A DNA stretch of 63,756 bases, the filler included, from Octopus bimaculoides (lineage: Eukaryota), in NCBI RefSeq assembly GCF_001194135.2. It is 8 parts of 7 records of this genome, joined end to end, with 100 filler letters (N's around TTAATTAATTAA, not from the genome) between each part and the next. Parts side by side here need not be neighbours in the genome. Positions count along the whole stretch, not along the records: positions 1 to 6,092 come from NC_068981.1; positions 6,193 to 14,222 come from NC_069007.1; 6 more parts are not named here. One strand, given 5' to 3'. Each line of letters opens with the position of its first letter. Position 1 is the stretch's first letter. Under the pieces are notes generated by a model, which saw only the letters and a list, made by a program, of their open reading frames with translations, did not search any database and was not told where the DNA came from. The position numbers and the translations under genes are program-made. Positions 1 through 12,268 of this stretch are shown piece by piece.

Positions 1-36
<36 letters not shown>

Positions 37-569
37 GATGCATGTATGTGCTTATATATACGCGTGTGGTTTATGTGTGTGTGTCTGTGCGTGTGTCTGT
101 GTCTGTGTGTCTGTGTATGTATGCATGTATGTATATATGTACATTCACAGACTAGACTTTTGCTACTAATTAACTAATTAATGTGTAGTGTCAGGAATTT
201 TCACAACCTATTCAAATATATTGTAGCCGTCGAATAATTCGAACCAAATGTATAATCTATACCCGTAAAAGTTTATATATTGACCATGAAACCAGGAAGA
301 ATAAATTCGAACCGAGCTGGAATTCGAACGCAGAACGAGAGCTCTACAAATCTATAATATTACACTGTATTTAGTACGGAAAATTCTGGTTACTACCATT
401 CTGCAATGTTTCCTTGATATTGTTTTTATTCATTTTCTATATCTTCACTTACTCATTCGCCATCTTTTCACCCAATTTCCTCTTCTTTGTTTTCATCATC
501 ATCATCATCATCACCATCATCATCACTTAAACATTACAATTTACTCCCCCCTCTCCACTTATTTTTACC

Positions 570-609
<40 letters not shown>

Positions 610-1465
610 TATTTATTTATCATTTCGAAAATTACTTGTACAGTACGATAGAATTCAACTCACGCACAGAAAACAGTTTTGCGCGATTTATCGAATGCAT
701 GTTCAGTTCAGACTTAAATTTTGCAAATCTACACAATTTCCTTTCGTATTGATTGGCTATTTATTTCATTCCGTTCGTGTTTACTAAAGTGTTTATTTGT
801 GTGTGTATATATGTATATATATTTATGTATATATATATAAATACGTTTGAGCTTTTCGAAGCATTTCTGAGTATTTGTATGAGTGTGTTTGCATCTCATT
901 CTGTCGATTTTCTCAATTTCTTAAACGTTTAGTTATGTTATTTTCCATTTTTTTTTCTCTCTCTCATTCAATTCATTTTTTTTTTGTTTAGTATTTACAA
1001 TCGTTTCGATTCCTGTTTTTTTTTAATTTTCTTCTTTTTTTTCTGCTCTTTGTTTCTCTTAACAAATAAATTTGTTTTTCTTTCTTTTCAATTAATGTAA
1101 GAGAGACAAGAATAAAAAAAAATCTTTTATTTGTACATTTGTAAATTTAAATAAGGAGCCATGTTTTGCCGGTAATAGTTTCACTTATATATGTATGTAT
1201 TATATATGTATGTATGTATATATATATATATATATATATAGATATATATGCATTTATGTATGTATGCATGAGGATGTGTGCGCGCGCGCGCGTGTGTTTT
1301 ATCATATTTTTATTTTAGATTATCTTTATCTTTCTATTAGAATTCAAATTCATTCCTTTTCAATTTAGCAAACATCATCTTTTCATAAAATCCCATATGG
1401 TATTGAACGATTATATTATATATGTATATTTGACAATCTCTCTCTCTCTCTCTCTCTCTCCTTTC

Positions 1466-1507
<42 letters not shown>

Positions 1508-2030
1508 TTACTCTATCTTTATCTCATCTGTGTGTCTATATATATACTTGTACATAAACACATGCACAGACATGCACACACGCACTGATATACATACACA
1601 TAATTATATATGCATATATACATGCGTACATATATGTCTATATGTGCATGCATGTGCACGCCAGTGCGTGTCTCTGCATGCGAGTAAGCATATAAATGGG
1701 AACAATAAGGCACAAAGGTGTAGACAATGCTGGATTATATGGTTATATATTTTATTTAATCGTTAATCCGAATTCCTCCCTCCGATCTCCGGACGATTGA
1801 GAGTAATTGGAACACACATAAAAAAAAATCATTTACAATATCAATAGAACAATTGTATAAAAATTTAACCAATTTTTGATTGGATAAGATTCAAACAAAA
1901 GGATTTTATTCGTTGGCTGTATGAACGTTGTATACAAAACATTAAAAATGAGGCACTCGTCAACAGTGTAGAGGTTTCAATCACACATACACACACACAC
2001 ACATAAACACACACGCGAGCGCGCATATAC

Positions 2031-2068
<38 letters not shown>

Positions 2069-2312
2069 TACTTGTCCAATGTCTCGAAGGTTATTTGTAT
2101 ATAATTCAAACATTAATTTATATAACTGGACAAATATTAAGTAGGCGTACGTTTAGCTGTGTGGTACGTAGCTTGCTTCCCAACCACAAGGTTCTGGGTT
2201 CACTCGCATTAATTGGGACCTTGGGCGAGAGTCTTCTACTATAGTGTCGGGCCGGCAAAAGTTTTGTGAGTGGATCTGGTAGACGGAAAATGAAAGAAGA
2301 CCGTCGTACATG

Positions 2313-2343
<31 letters not shown>

Positions 2344-2425
2344 GTGTGTGTGTTTGTGCCTGTGTGTCATTGTATCTATGTTTGTTATCCGCCACCACTT
2401 GTCATCCGGTGTTGGTCTGTTTATG

Positions 2426-3098
2426 GGTTCTATTTCAAAACGGGGGCACCAGTATTTTCTAAACGAAACACTTTGAAACTTGGGACACTGGTAGAATGTG
2501 TCATATAAAACATCTTTTACTCTTAGTCTTCTTAACAAAAAAATGTACATCGCAAGTTATTCCATGTTAAAGTTGTCGTATTTCTGTAATTTCAACCGAT
2601 CACTGACGTCTATTCAGCTGAATAGAGTTACTGCTGGGCGGTCATAAAAATGTTATTCCCTGTGACATATTTCATCCGGTTTAATCGCAATTTATAAGCA
2701 TATGTTGTTTATATAATAAATTACGCTGTGCGTATCTATGTGTGTAACAATTTTAGAGTTCGGATTCTAGAGTTAGGGTTAGTTTTAGGGTTAGGGTTAG
2801 GGTTAAGGTTAGGGTTAGGGTTAACAGTCTAGTTAGGGTTAGGGTTAGGGTTAGGGGATTAATACGATATACACCGTTACAGCGCTAACTGTTTTCAACT
2901 GAATAGACGTCAGTGATTAGTAGAAATTATCGAAATATAATAAGACAATTTTTTACATGAAATAAATTCGAATACAAAAATTTTTTTCTGTTCTATAACA
3001 CAAAATAGATAAGTATACGAAGTTTGAAAGTCTTTCGGTACCAAAAACACTACATAAAACATAAATGAAAACTGGTGCCCCCGTTTTGAAATAGATCC
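2426..3098. mobile_element. Non-autonomous TIR element (Merlin-like MITE) with 8-bp TSD
   Basis: 28-bp TIRs GG(T/A)TCTATTTCAAAACGGGGGCACCAGT (27/28 identical) at 2426-2453 and 3071-3098. TSD TGTTTATG at 2418-2425 and 3099-3106. The Merlin assignment is inferred from GG termini plus an 8-bp TSD. Confidence 0.85.
2772..2857 (+). repeat. Interstitial telomere-like (TTAGGG)n array
   Basis: About 12 perfect or near-perfect TTAGGG units in two blocks inside the MITE. Confidence 0.9.
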
Positions 3099-3769
3099 TG
3101 TTTATGTCCCCGTAACTTAGCAGTTCACCAAAGAAACCGATAGAATAAGTACCAGTCTTAATAAGAAATAAGTGCTGGGATCGATTCATTCGACTAAAAA
3201 TTCTTGAAGGCGATGCCCCAGCATGGCCGCAGTCTAATCACTGAAACAAGTAAAAGATAAAAGATTCCTAGAATTCATTTTGCTTTTCTTGATTTTTTCT
3301 TATCCACTTATCAACGTGGTTTAGAGTTATATCTTTAGCAAATGTTCAGTTAACATTATTAATTATTCTTGCTGTAAATTTTGTGCATGATCAATTAACT
3401 ATTTCAGTTTTAAAATCTCCCCAACGTCAAGATTTTCTGTTTATTGTACTGCTAATCACCAGCAATCGGCTTAAAACTTAAAGTAAATTCAAGATGCGTT
3501 TTTACAAGTATACATTATTCTGTCAAGCTTCCAGGGAAAAATATTAAGCACAAGTTTTTCAAAATAGATTTAGTTTTGGTATTAATTCATTTTGATCATA
3601 CTGTATGAGCAGATTCTTCAGTTCAAGCATACACTGCGATGTACATTTCACTTTTCCATTTTCAGTTCTTGCAGAGACACCTCTTAACTTTTGTCTTCTA
3701 ATTTAAATTGCACAGCAGCTACGCATAGGGCATCGCCTTGAAGGGGTTCGACTGTGAAGAGAGGATCTA

Positions 3770-3905
3770 AAAATTCACATGGAAGAGATTTTTACCAGTA
3801 AAGACAGGAGATTCTTTGAGAAGGGAATAATGGATCTGCCCTGAAGATGGCAGAAAATACTGGAACAAAACTAAATCTATCATTGATTGAACTTGTCTTA
3901 TTCTC
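3770..3905 (+). mobile_element. Mariner transposase 3' remnant
   Basis: Translates ..FFEKGIMDLP*RWQKILEQN, resembling the mariner C-terminal motif GI..L..RW.K....NG. Confidence 0.55.
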
Positions 3906-3931
3906 ATAGAAAAACTGAGCATACTATATTA

Positions 3932-4310
3932 CTGTGTGGTAAGTAGCTTGCTTTTCAACCAAATGGTCCCGGGTTCAGTCTCACTGTATGGCACCTTGGG
4001 CAAGTGTCTTCTACTATAGCCTCAGGCCGACCAAAGCATTGTGAATGGATTCAATAGACGGAAACTGAAAGAAGCCCGTCGTATATATATATATATATAT
4101 ATATGTATATGTTTGTATGTCTGTGTTTGTCCCCCCACCATCGCTTCACAACAGATGTTGGCGTGTTTACGTCCCCGTAACATAGCGGTTCGACAAAAGC
4201 GACCGATAGAATAAGTAGTACTGACTGGGCTTACAAAGAATAAGTCCTGGGGTAGATTTGCTCGACTAAAGGCGGTACCCCTAGCATGGCCGCAGTCAAA
4301 TGACTGAAAT
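3932..4310 (+). mobile_element. SINE family A copy
   Basis: ctgtgtggtaagtagcttgc..ccttgggcaagtgtcttctactatagcctc..(TA)n..gactaaaggcggtacccctagcatggccgcagtcaaatgactgaaa. Confidence 0.85.
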
Positions 4311-4339
4311 AAATGGAATATATATATTATTACTGTTCT

Positions 4340-4915
4340 GTTTCCGAACAAAACTCATAGTGTTCCGCGCCGTTCTCATCTCCACCTCGCTCTACGCTTG
4401 CTAAACATGGGCCCTGTATCGGAATAGCCTGAAAAAGCTTGAGCATTTCCAACAAGCAGATCCTCAACATCGAATGGCAGGACCGACGCACCAACAACGA
4501 AGTCTTCAATCGCTCAGAAATTCCAAGCATTGGAGCTGCTATCCTCAAACATCGCCTCAGGTGGCCAGGATATATCATCCGAATGGCTCCTTCAAAAGTC
4601 TCGTAGACCATCCTCTACAGCGAGTACGTCAACAGCAAACGATACCGAGGAGACTCAAAACCCGGATCTAAAGACCAACTGAAGTTTTCCCTCCTTCAAG
4701 CCAGCATCAGCCCCATCACCTGGGAAGCAAAGACTGCTGACCGTCTATGCTGGTGAGGATCAATTCATTTCAGCTATTTCACTTTTGAAGAGAGAAAAAA
4801 AAAATGAAGAAACAAAAAGAATGTGACGCAAGGCCCGGCAACACCAGCCAAGATCACCCCCCGCCCTGCAATGCGATCAGTGCCCTAGACTGTTCCATTC
4901 TCAACTTGGCCTTCT
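4340..4915 (+). mobile_element. Decayed RTE-clade LINE ORF2 3' region
   Basis: TKLIVFRAVLISTSLYAC*TW..ILNIEWQDRRTNNEVF..KHRLRWPGYIIRM, with in-frame stops. Matches the LLYxCETW and RLRWxGHxxRM motifs. Confidence 0.8.
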
Positions 4916-5082
4916 AAGCCATGTCAGGTTTAGGCATCATGGAAGCACCAGAAAAACCAAACTCGGTCACGAGTGTTGCCGACGAAATTATTATTACTAT
5001 TACCATATTTATACACGTATAAGTACAAAGTACATATAAATGCATGTATATATATGTATGTATGTATATATATGTATGTATG

Positions 5083-5113
<31 letters not shown>

Positions 5114-5950
5114 CTGTGTATGTATATGTATGTATGTATATATATATGTGTATGCGAATATGTGTGTGNNNNNNNNNNNNNNNNNNNNNNNNNNNNNNNN
5201 NNNNNNNNNNNNNNNNNNNNNNNNNNNNNNNNNNNNNNNNNNNNNNNNNNNNNNNNNNNNNNNNNNNNNNNNNNNNNNNNNNNNNNNNNNNNNNNNNNNN
5301 NNNNNNNNNNNNNNNNNNNNNNNNNNNNNNNNNNNNNNNNNNNNNNNNNNNNNNNNNNNNNNNNNNNNNNNNNNNNNNNNNNNNNNNNNNNNNNNNNNNN
5401 NNNNNNNNNNNNNNNNNNNNNNNNNNNNNNNNNNNNNNNNNNNNNNNNNNNNNNNNNNNNNNNNNNNNNNNNNNNNNNNNNNNNNNNNNNNNNNNNNNNN
5501 NNNNNNNNNNNNNNNNNNNNNNNNNNNNNNNNNNNNNNNNNNNNNNNNNNNNNNNNNNNNNNNNNNNNNNNNNNNNNNNNNNNNNNNNNNNNNNNNNNNN
5601 NNNNNNNNNNNNNNNNNNNNNNNNNNNNNNNNNNNNNNNNNNNNNNNNNNNNNNNNNNNNNNNNNNNNNNNNNNNNNNNNNNNNNNNNNNNNNNNNNNNN
5701 NNNNNNNNNNNNNNNNNNNNNNNNNNNNNNNNNNNNNNNNNNNNNNNNNNNNNNNNNNNNNNNNNNNNNNNNNNNNNNNNNNNNNNNNNNNNNNNNNNNN
5801 NNNNNNNNNNNNNNNNNNNNNNNNNNNNNNNNNNNNNNNNNNNNNNNNNNNNNNNNNNNNNNNNNNNNNNNNNNNNNNNNNNNNNNNNNNNNNNNNNNNN
5901 NNNNNNNNNNNNNNNNNNNNNNNNNNNNNNNNNNNNACATACATACATAC

Positions 5951-5985
<35 letters not shown>

Positions 5986-6020
5986 TATCAGATCAGTCGT
6001 TCGAGATATATAATAATGTA

Positions 6021-6071
<51 letters not shown>

Positions 6072-6222
6072 GCGCACACCACCGTGTATGCTNNNNNNNN
6101 NNNNNNNNNNNNNNNNNNNNNNNNNNNNNNNNNNNNTTAATTAATTAANNNNNNNNNNNNNNNNNNNNNNNNNNNNNNNNNNNNNNNNNNNNACATATAC
6201 ATATCCGTATATATATATATGT

Positions 6223-6257
<35 letters not shown>

Positions 6258-6822
6258 ATGTATATATATATATGCGCGTGTTTTTGAAACAAGATTGAGG
6301 TACAATAGAAAAAAAAAGGCGGAAGAAAATTATCCAATGAAAATCGCATGAGATTTGAACACGGAATGTAGGGCGACGTAAAAGAATATGTAAATGCTAA
6401 TTGGGTTTTTAAAAAAATCTACTGTTTCAGCAATAAAAATATTCCCACAATACAACGGAAATCTGAATAACAATGAATATTTGAAGAGGAATAAAACAAA
6501 ACAAAATAAGATTTAAAAAAAAATAAAATAAAACGTCATGAAATAATAAAATAATCTCAAAAAATAGAGTTGAAAGAAAAAAGAAATAAAGAAATAATTT
6601 TAAAAAAATAGACGCAGGAGAAATATTCAAAATATATAGAATAGATATAAACGAAAGTATAAATAGAATATAAGAGATAATATAAAAATTGGAAGAAAAT
6701 AACGATAGCAACAAAACACAAAAGCTTTGAGAATGTGAACGAAACGTTTCGAAGAGCCAATTCCGTGTTTTTATTACACCCACACAGTACTTATGTTTTG
6801 GGATTTTTCAAAAGTCTCCTTT

Positions 6823-6867
<45 letters not shown>

Positions 6868-7026
6868 TAGAGAGAGAAAGGGAGAGAGGGAGAGAGGGAG
6901 AGAAAGGGGGAGAGTGAGAAAGGGAGAGAGGGAGAGAAAGGGGGGAAGAGAGAGAAGCACAACCATCGCTGTCATCAACACCACTATACAAAGACTAATG
7001 CAGCTACTACTACTACCACCACCACC

Positions 7027-7081
<55 letters not shown>

Positions 7082-7082
7082 T

Positions 7083-7113
<31 letters not shown>

Positions 7114-7158
7114 ACAACTACTACTGCTGCTACTGCTATTACTGCTGCTACTACTACA

Positions 7159-7201
<43 letters not shown>

Positions 7202-7375
7202 TTAAAGTTACTGCTTCTGCTACTGGTGGTGGTGGTGGTGCTGCTGCTAATCATGATAAAAATAATAAGATGTAAGCGTAATGTGTATAGAATAAATGTG
7301 GCAAAATATTAACGAGAATTATGCAAAAGAATTTGTCTGAGACTTCTCCTGAATTTCAATGGTGTTCTTTTTTTA

Positions 7376-7426
<51 letters not shown>

Positions 7427-8049
7427 GTGCACATATATGTATGTGTATACCTAGCAGTAGCTTCAAATGAAAATTTAACTTGCTCTTCGCAAATTCAGAC
7501 GTATTGTTTATACACAAACATGCCCAGAGAGTTGTTCTTACTCCTCCTGTCTTCCTATATATACTCATATTTCATGTGCATATAAGACCCCCCCCCACAC
7601 ACACACACATACACACACACATACGCACACATACACATACACGCACACATAACCTAATTAGAAATTGAAAAAGAACGGTGAATTATGTGCCCTCTATATA
7701 ATAATTGTTTGATAAAGCAACCTCTTACTATAAAAAACGCTTTAGTAGAGAGCGGGTGCTAAGATAAAAATTATTTATATCCCGGATTCATAGCCCCTAC
7801 AACAAAAGTAAATGTGCTGTAATGTTATATGGTGTATACCACCCACTTCATACAAACTTGAGTTAAACGTGAAAATCTGTCATAATTCTAATCGATACGT
7901 GTTTCTCTCTTAGACATAGATATAGGAAATTGTTCAACGGACGTAATCTGAAGTGATTTTTGGCCGTAAAATAATAGGAAGCAAATTGTATCTCATAAGT
8001 GCACCGCATTCACTGAGTAGGTTATTTATGTAGTAACAACGGTGGTTGG

Positions 8050-8328
8050 TTTGCACTCCGTTGGTTACGAAGACGAGGGTTCCAGTTGATCCGATCAACG
8101 GAACAGCCTGCTCGTGAAATTAACGTGCCAGTAGCTGAGCACTCCACAGACACGTGTACCCTTAACGTAGTTCTTGGGGATATTCAGCGTGACACAGAGT
8201 GTGACAAGGCTGACCCTTTGAATTACAGGCACAACAGAAATAGGAAGAAAGAGTGAGAGAAAGTTGTGGCGAAAGAGTACAGCAGGGTTCGCCACCAACC
8301 CCTGTCGGAGCCTTGTGGAACTTTAAGT
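8050..8328 (-). mobile_element. SINE family C copy (3' part, runs into a gap)
   Basis: Reverse complement of the body and tail of the full-length copy at 45441-45835. Confidence 0.85.
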
Positions 8329-9349
8329 GNNNNNNNNNNNNNNNNNNNNNNNNNNNNNNNNNNNNNNNNNNNNNNNNNNNNNNNNNNNNNNNNNNNNNNN
8401 NNNNNNNNNNNNNNNNNNNNNNNNNNNNNNNNNNNNNNNNNNNNNNNNNNNNNNNNNNNNNNNNNNNNNNNNNNNNNNNNNNNNNNNNNNNNNNNNNNNN
8501 NNNNNNNNNNNNNNNNNNNNNNNNACAACGGTACATTTCCACTAAAAAGCTTCTTCAATATAGAGGCTATCATATAAGAGCTGAGGTTAAAAGATCAAAT
8601 CCGAACCTTGGCATCAATCTGAAGTACAACAGTAGAAGCAGTCATATTTTACAGTCATAACCCTTTTCTTTGCTGGCAACATTACGAACGAAATGCAACA
8701 AGGCTCTCGTGTTACATTTGGAGTTTAAAAGAAAAAAGTTAAGAAGTACAATATCAACTGGGGGGTCATTGAAAAATTCATGCCTTATTTATAGCTTGAG
8801 ATGCGTTCATAAGATAGCACATCAACAGAGATTCTTCTTACCACTAACGCAATTATCATCGTCTTTCTGTGATGTGAGACGACAACTTGTAAACTTCTGG
8901 TTAGTTTTATTGATTTGTGTCCGGTGTATAAATCAGATTTACTTTCACTTCTTCTACAATTTGTAACTCGGAATTTGCTTAGGAGATAGAATATATTTTA
9001 AAATATCGTTTTGTTTCTTTACTATTCGATATTTCTCTGCAATGCGTGGTTGGCGCTGTTATCTCCTATTCCTTAGTGCGTGTTGTGCTGCACAGAAAGT
9101 GACCATCGGTGACAAAAGTATTGGCGTATTATTCGTCTTTCTACTTTACACACACAGACACACACACACACNNNNNNNNNNATTTATATATATATATATG
9201 TATATATATGCGGACATGTTTGCATGCATGCCGTATCGCTTCCTTACTCATATATCTACCTTCAGATAGAACAAAAGAGATGTACGGCCTTTATCAAAAG
9301 TACTGCATTATCCAGTATGGCACATCAAACGACAAAAGTAATGACGACG

Positions 9350-9388
<39 letters not shown>

Positions 9389-10065
9389 GCAACAACAACA
9401 GCAACAACATCAAGAACAACAGAAAGCGAAAATCGAATTTCCGGCATCAAATGAAATAAGAGCAGCAGCGTTCGAGAGAGCAGCGGCAGCAACAGTAGAA
9501 GAAGAACGACGCCATGAATAGCTATAACCGCAGCAACTTCAGCAGCGGTAGCGGTAAATGAAACAATAAGAAGAAGGAGACTGCATCAGCAGCATCAGTA
9601 GCAGCAGCAGCACCGTCACCAACAAGAACAAAAACTGTACCTATAATTACTACAACAGCAACAGCAGCAGCAGTCAAAAAAAAATCCAACATACATTTAA
9701 ACGTATTAGGAGTTCCTGTTCCAAGATGTCGGCCGATAATTAAACACAAGTTGTACTTCCGGTGTATATTAATTTCATTTTATATATCTGGCTCTCACCT
9801 TCTTTTTGTCCCCCCCCCCCNNNNNNNNNNNNNNNNNNNNNNNNNNNNNNNNNNNNNNNNNNNNNNNNNNNNNNNNNNNNNNNNNNNNNNNNNNNNNNNN
9901 NNNNNNNNNNNNNNNNNNNNNNNNNNNNNNNNNNNNNNNNNNNNNNNNNNNNNNNNNNNNNNNNNNNNNNNNNNNNNNNNNNNNNNNNNNNNNNNNNNNN
10001 NNNNNNNNNNNNNNNNNNNNNNNNNNNNNNNNNNNNNNNNNNNNNNNNNNNNNNNNNNNNNNNNN

Positions 10066-10116
<51 letters not shown>

Positions 10117-10251
10117 CTTGTCCCTCCCTCTGTGTATCATATCTCTCTTTACGTTTTTCTCACTCGACAGCTCTCTGCTATGTTGTTTTTCTCTTCCTAT
10201 CATTCTCGTTCTTTAAGAATATTGAAACAAATAGTTATTGATGTTATTGAC

Positions 10252-10293
<42 letters not shown>

Positions 10294-10308
10294 GATGATG
10301 GCGACGAC

Positions 10309-10351
<43 letters not shown>

Positions 10352-10554
10352 GCGATTATGATGATGATGATGATGTTGATCATGATGACGGCGGTGGTGA
10401 TGATGATGATGATGATGACGACGTTGATCATTATACTGAGGATTTGATGAGAACAATGATGATGATGATGATGACGGATGTTGTTGCAATAGGTTTGGGG
10501 GTATTTTGCCGGTGCTGTTAATTTCAATTTCTTTCAGTTCTATACATTATTTAC

Positions 10555-10719
10555 ATTATTTAAATTATTTACATTTGACGGATATTTGTCCTCATCTTGT
10601 TTGTTGTTAAAACAACGTTTCGGCTAATATACCCTCCAGCCTTCATCAGGTGTCTTGGGGGAAATTACGAACCTGGGTTCTCATTCCTAAGGTATTTTTC
10701 GATGTTATTATTATTATTA

Positions 10720-10785
<66 letters not shown>

Positions 10786-10835
10786 TCACTACCTGGAAAA
10801 GAACACGAAATCTTGGAGTTATAGCCCGCGCTCTT
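10555..10835 (-). mobile_element. tRNA-headed element (family D) with internal (AAT)n and a hammerhead-like tail
   Basis: Minus strand reads aagagcgcgggctataactccaag..gtgacctga(aat)n catcgaaaaataccttagg..gacacctgatgaaggctg..ccgaaacgttg..aagatgaggacaaatatccgtcaaatgtaaat. The tail sequence recurs at 43895-43994. Confidence 0.7.
10609..10654 (-). ncRNA. Minimal type-I hammerhead ribozyme motif (Penelope-like)
   Basis: GACAC-CUGAUGA-A-GGCUG-gaggguauau-UAGCC-GAA-ACGU-U-GUUUU. The core is intact, stem II has 5 bp, helix III is palindromic ACGU, and stem I has one mismatch. Confidence 0.6.
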
Positions 10836-10932
10836 AACCCCAAGATTCCGTGTTCGATTCCAAGAAGAGACCTGAATAATAACAACAACAACAACAACAA
10901 TAATAACTCACACACACACACGCACACAGGCA

Positions 10933-10965
<33 letters not shown>

Positions 10966-12098
10966 GCACACAAGCACTAACACACACAAAATCACACACA
11001 CACACAGTAATGCACACACGCTGTCACGCTCAGAGTGGCTGGCTTCAGCTTCATCATATTTATTCTAAATTCATTGATTCAATCAGCGTTCTTACCACAT
11101 CCTCTTGTCTTTTTCCTTGATGTCTTCCAGGTCTCTCTTTTTATTTTCTCTCTCTCTCTCTCTCTCTAAGTGCCCCGTGGTATTAATATATGCTTTTCAG
11201 AGGTGAGCGGATAATTATTTGTGTATATGTCTAAAGCATGTGTTGGGTGTCTTTTCATTGTCTGGTGTTTATACGTATTTATATGTAATTGAAGTTGTGT
11301 GTCTCTCTGCGTGTGAGAGCGTCTCAATGTGAGTGCATGTATGCGTTTGTGTGTGTGTGCGCCTATGTGTGTCTGCGTGTGTGTATACTCTTTACTCTCT
11401 TTCACTCTTTTACTTGTTTCAGTCGTTTNNNNNNNNNNNNNNNNNNNNNNNNNNNNNNNNNNNNNNNNNNNNNNNNNNNNNNNNNNNNNNNNNNNNNNNN
11501 NNNNNNNNNNNNNNNNNNNNNNNNNNNNNNNNNNNNNNNNNNNNNNNNNNNNNNNNNNNNNNNNNNNNNNNNNNNNNNNNNNNNNNNNNNNNNNNNNNNN
11601 NNNNNNNNNNNNNNNNNNNNNNNNNNNNNNNNNNNNNNNNNNNNNNNNNNNNNNNNNNNNNNNNNNNNNNNNNNNNNNNNNNNNNNNNNNNNNNNNNNNN
11701 NNNNNNNNNNNNNNNNNNNNNNNNNNNNNNNNNNNNNNNNNNNNNNNNNNNNNNNNNNNNNNNNNNNNNNNNNNNNNNNNNNNNNNNNNNNNNNNNNNNN
11801 NNNNNNNNNNNNNNNNNNNNNNNNNNNNNNNNNNNNNNNNNNNNNNNNNNNNNNNNNNNNNNNNNNNNNNNNNNNNNNNNNNNNNNNNNNNNNNNNNNNN
11901 NNNNNNNNNNNNNNNNNNNNNNNNNNNNNNNNNNNNNNNNNNNNNNNNNNNNNNNNNNNNNNNNNNNNNNNNNNNNNNATAAAGGATCAAATATATAAAT
12001 ATATAAATATAAATATATATATATAAAGGCGACTCGAGTTTCAGGGCTATTTCCCTTCGTCATGGCCGGTATGACAGACTTTAACAGACTATATATAT

Positions 12099-12268
12099 AC
12101 ATACGACGGGTTTCTTTCAGTTTCCGTCTACCAAATCCACTCACAAGGCTTTGGTCGGCCCGAGGCTATAGTAGAAGACACTTGCTCCAGGTGCCACGCA
12201 GTGGGACTGAACCCAGAACCATGTGGTTGGTAAGCAAGCTACTTCCCACACAGCCACTCCTGCGCCTA
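12099..12268 (-). mobile_element. SINE family A head
   Basis: Reverse complement reads ggcgcaggagtggctgtgtgggaagtagcttgcttaccaaccacatggttctgggttcagtcccactgcgtggcacc. A matching tail lies at about 11388-11429 across the gap. Confidence 0.85.

Larger units (their letters stand above)
2144..3264 (+). mobile_element. tRNA-derived SINE family A copy, interrupted by a DNA transposon
   Basis: Head ggcgt..gctgtgtggtacgtagcttgcttcccaaccacaaggttctgggttca, internal (TG)n, tail ..ccagcatggccgcagtc..ctgaaacaagtaaaagataaaaga. The same layout recurs at several loci in this window. Confidence 0.85.

Noticed and set aside
2772-2857. True telomere or chromosome end
   Set aside because: Short, interrupted, and enclosed within a TIR element with a TSD.
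4914-6140. Long ORFs spanning N runs (also at about 11.2-12.1, 18.7-19.5, 31.6-32.9, 34.8-35.5 and 59.6-60.2 kb)
   Set aside because: They are open only because N codons are not stops.
6137-6148. Recurrent TTAATTAATTAA as a homeodomain or PacI-like regulatory motif
   Set aside because: It is always embedded in equal-length N runs, so it is an artificial six-frame-stop linker.
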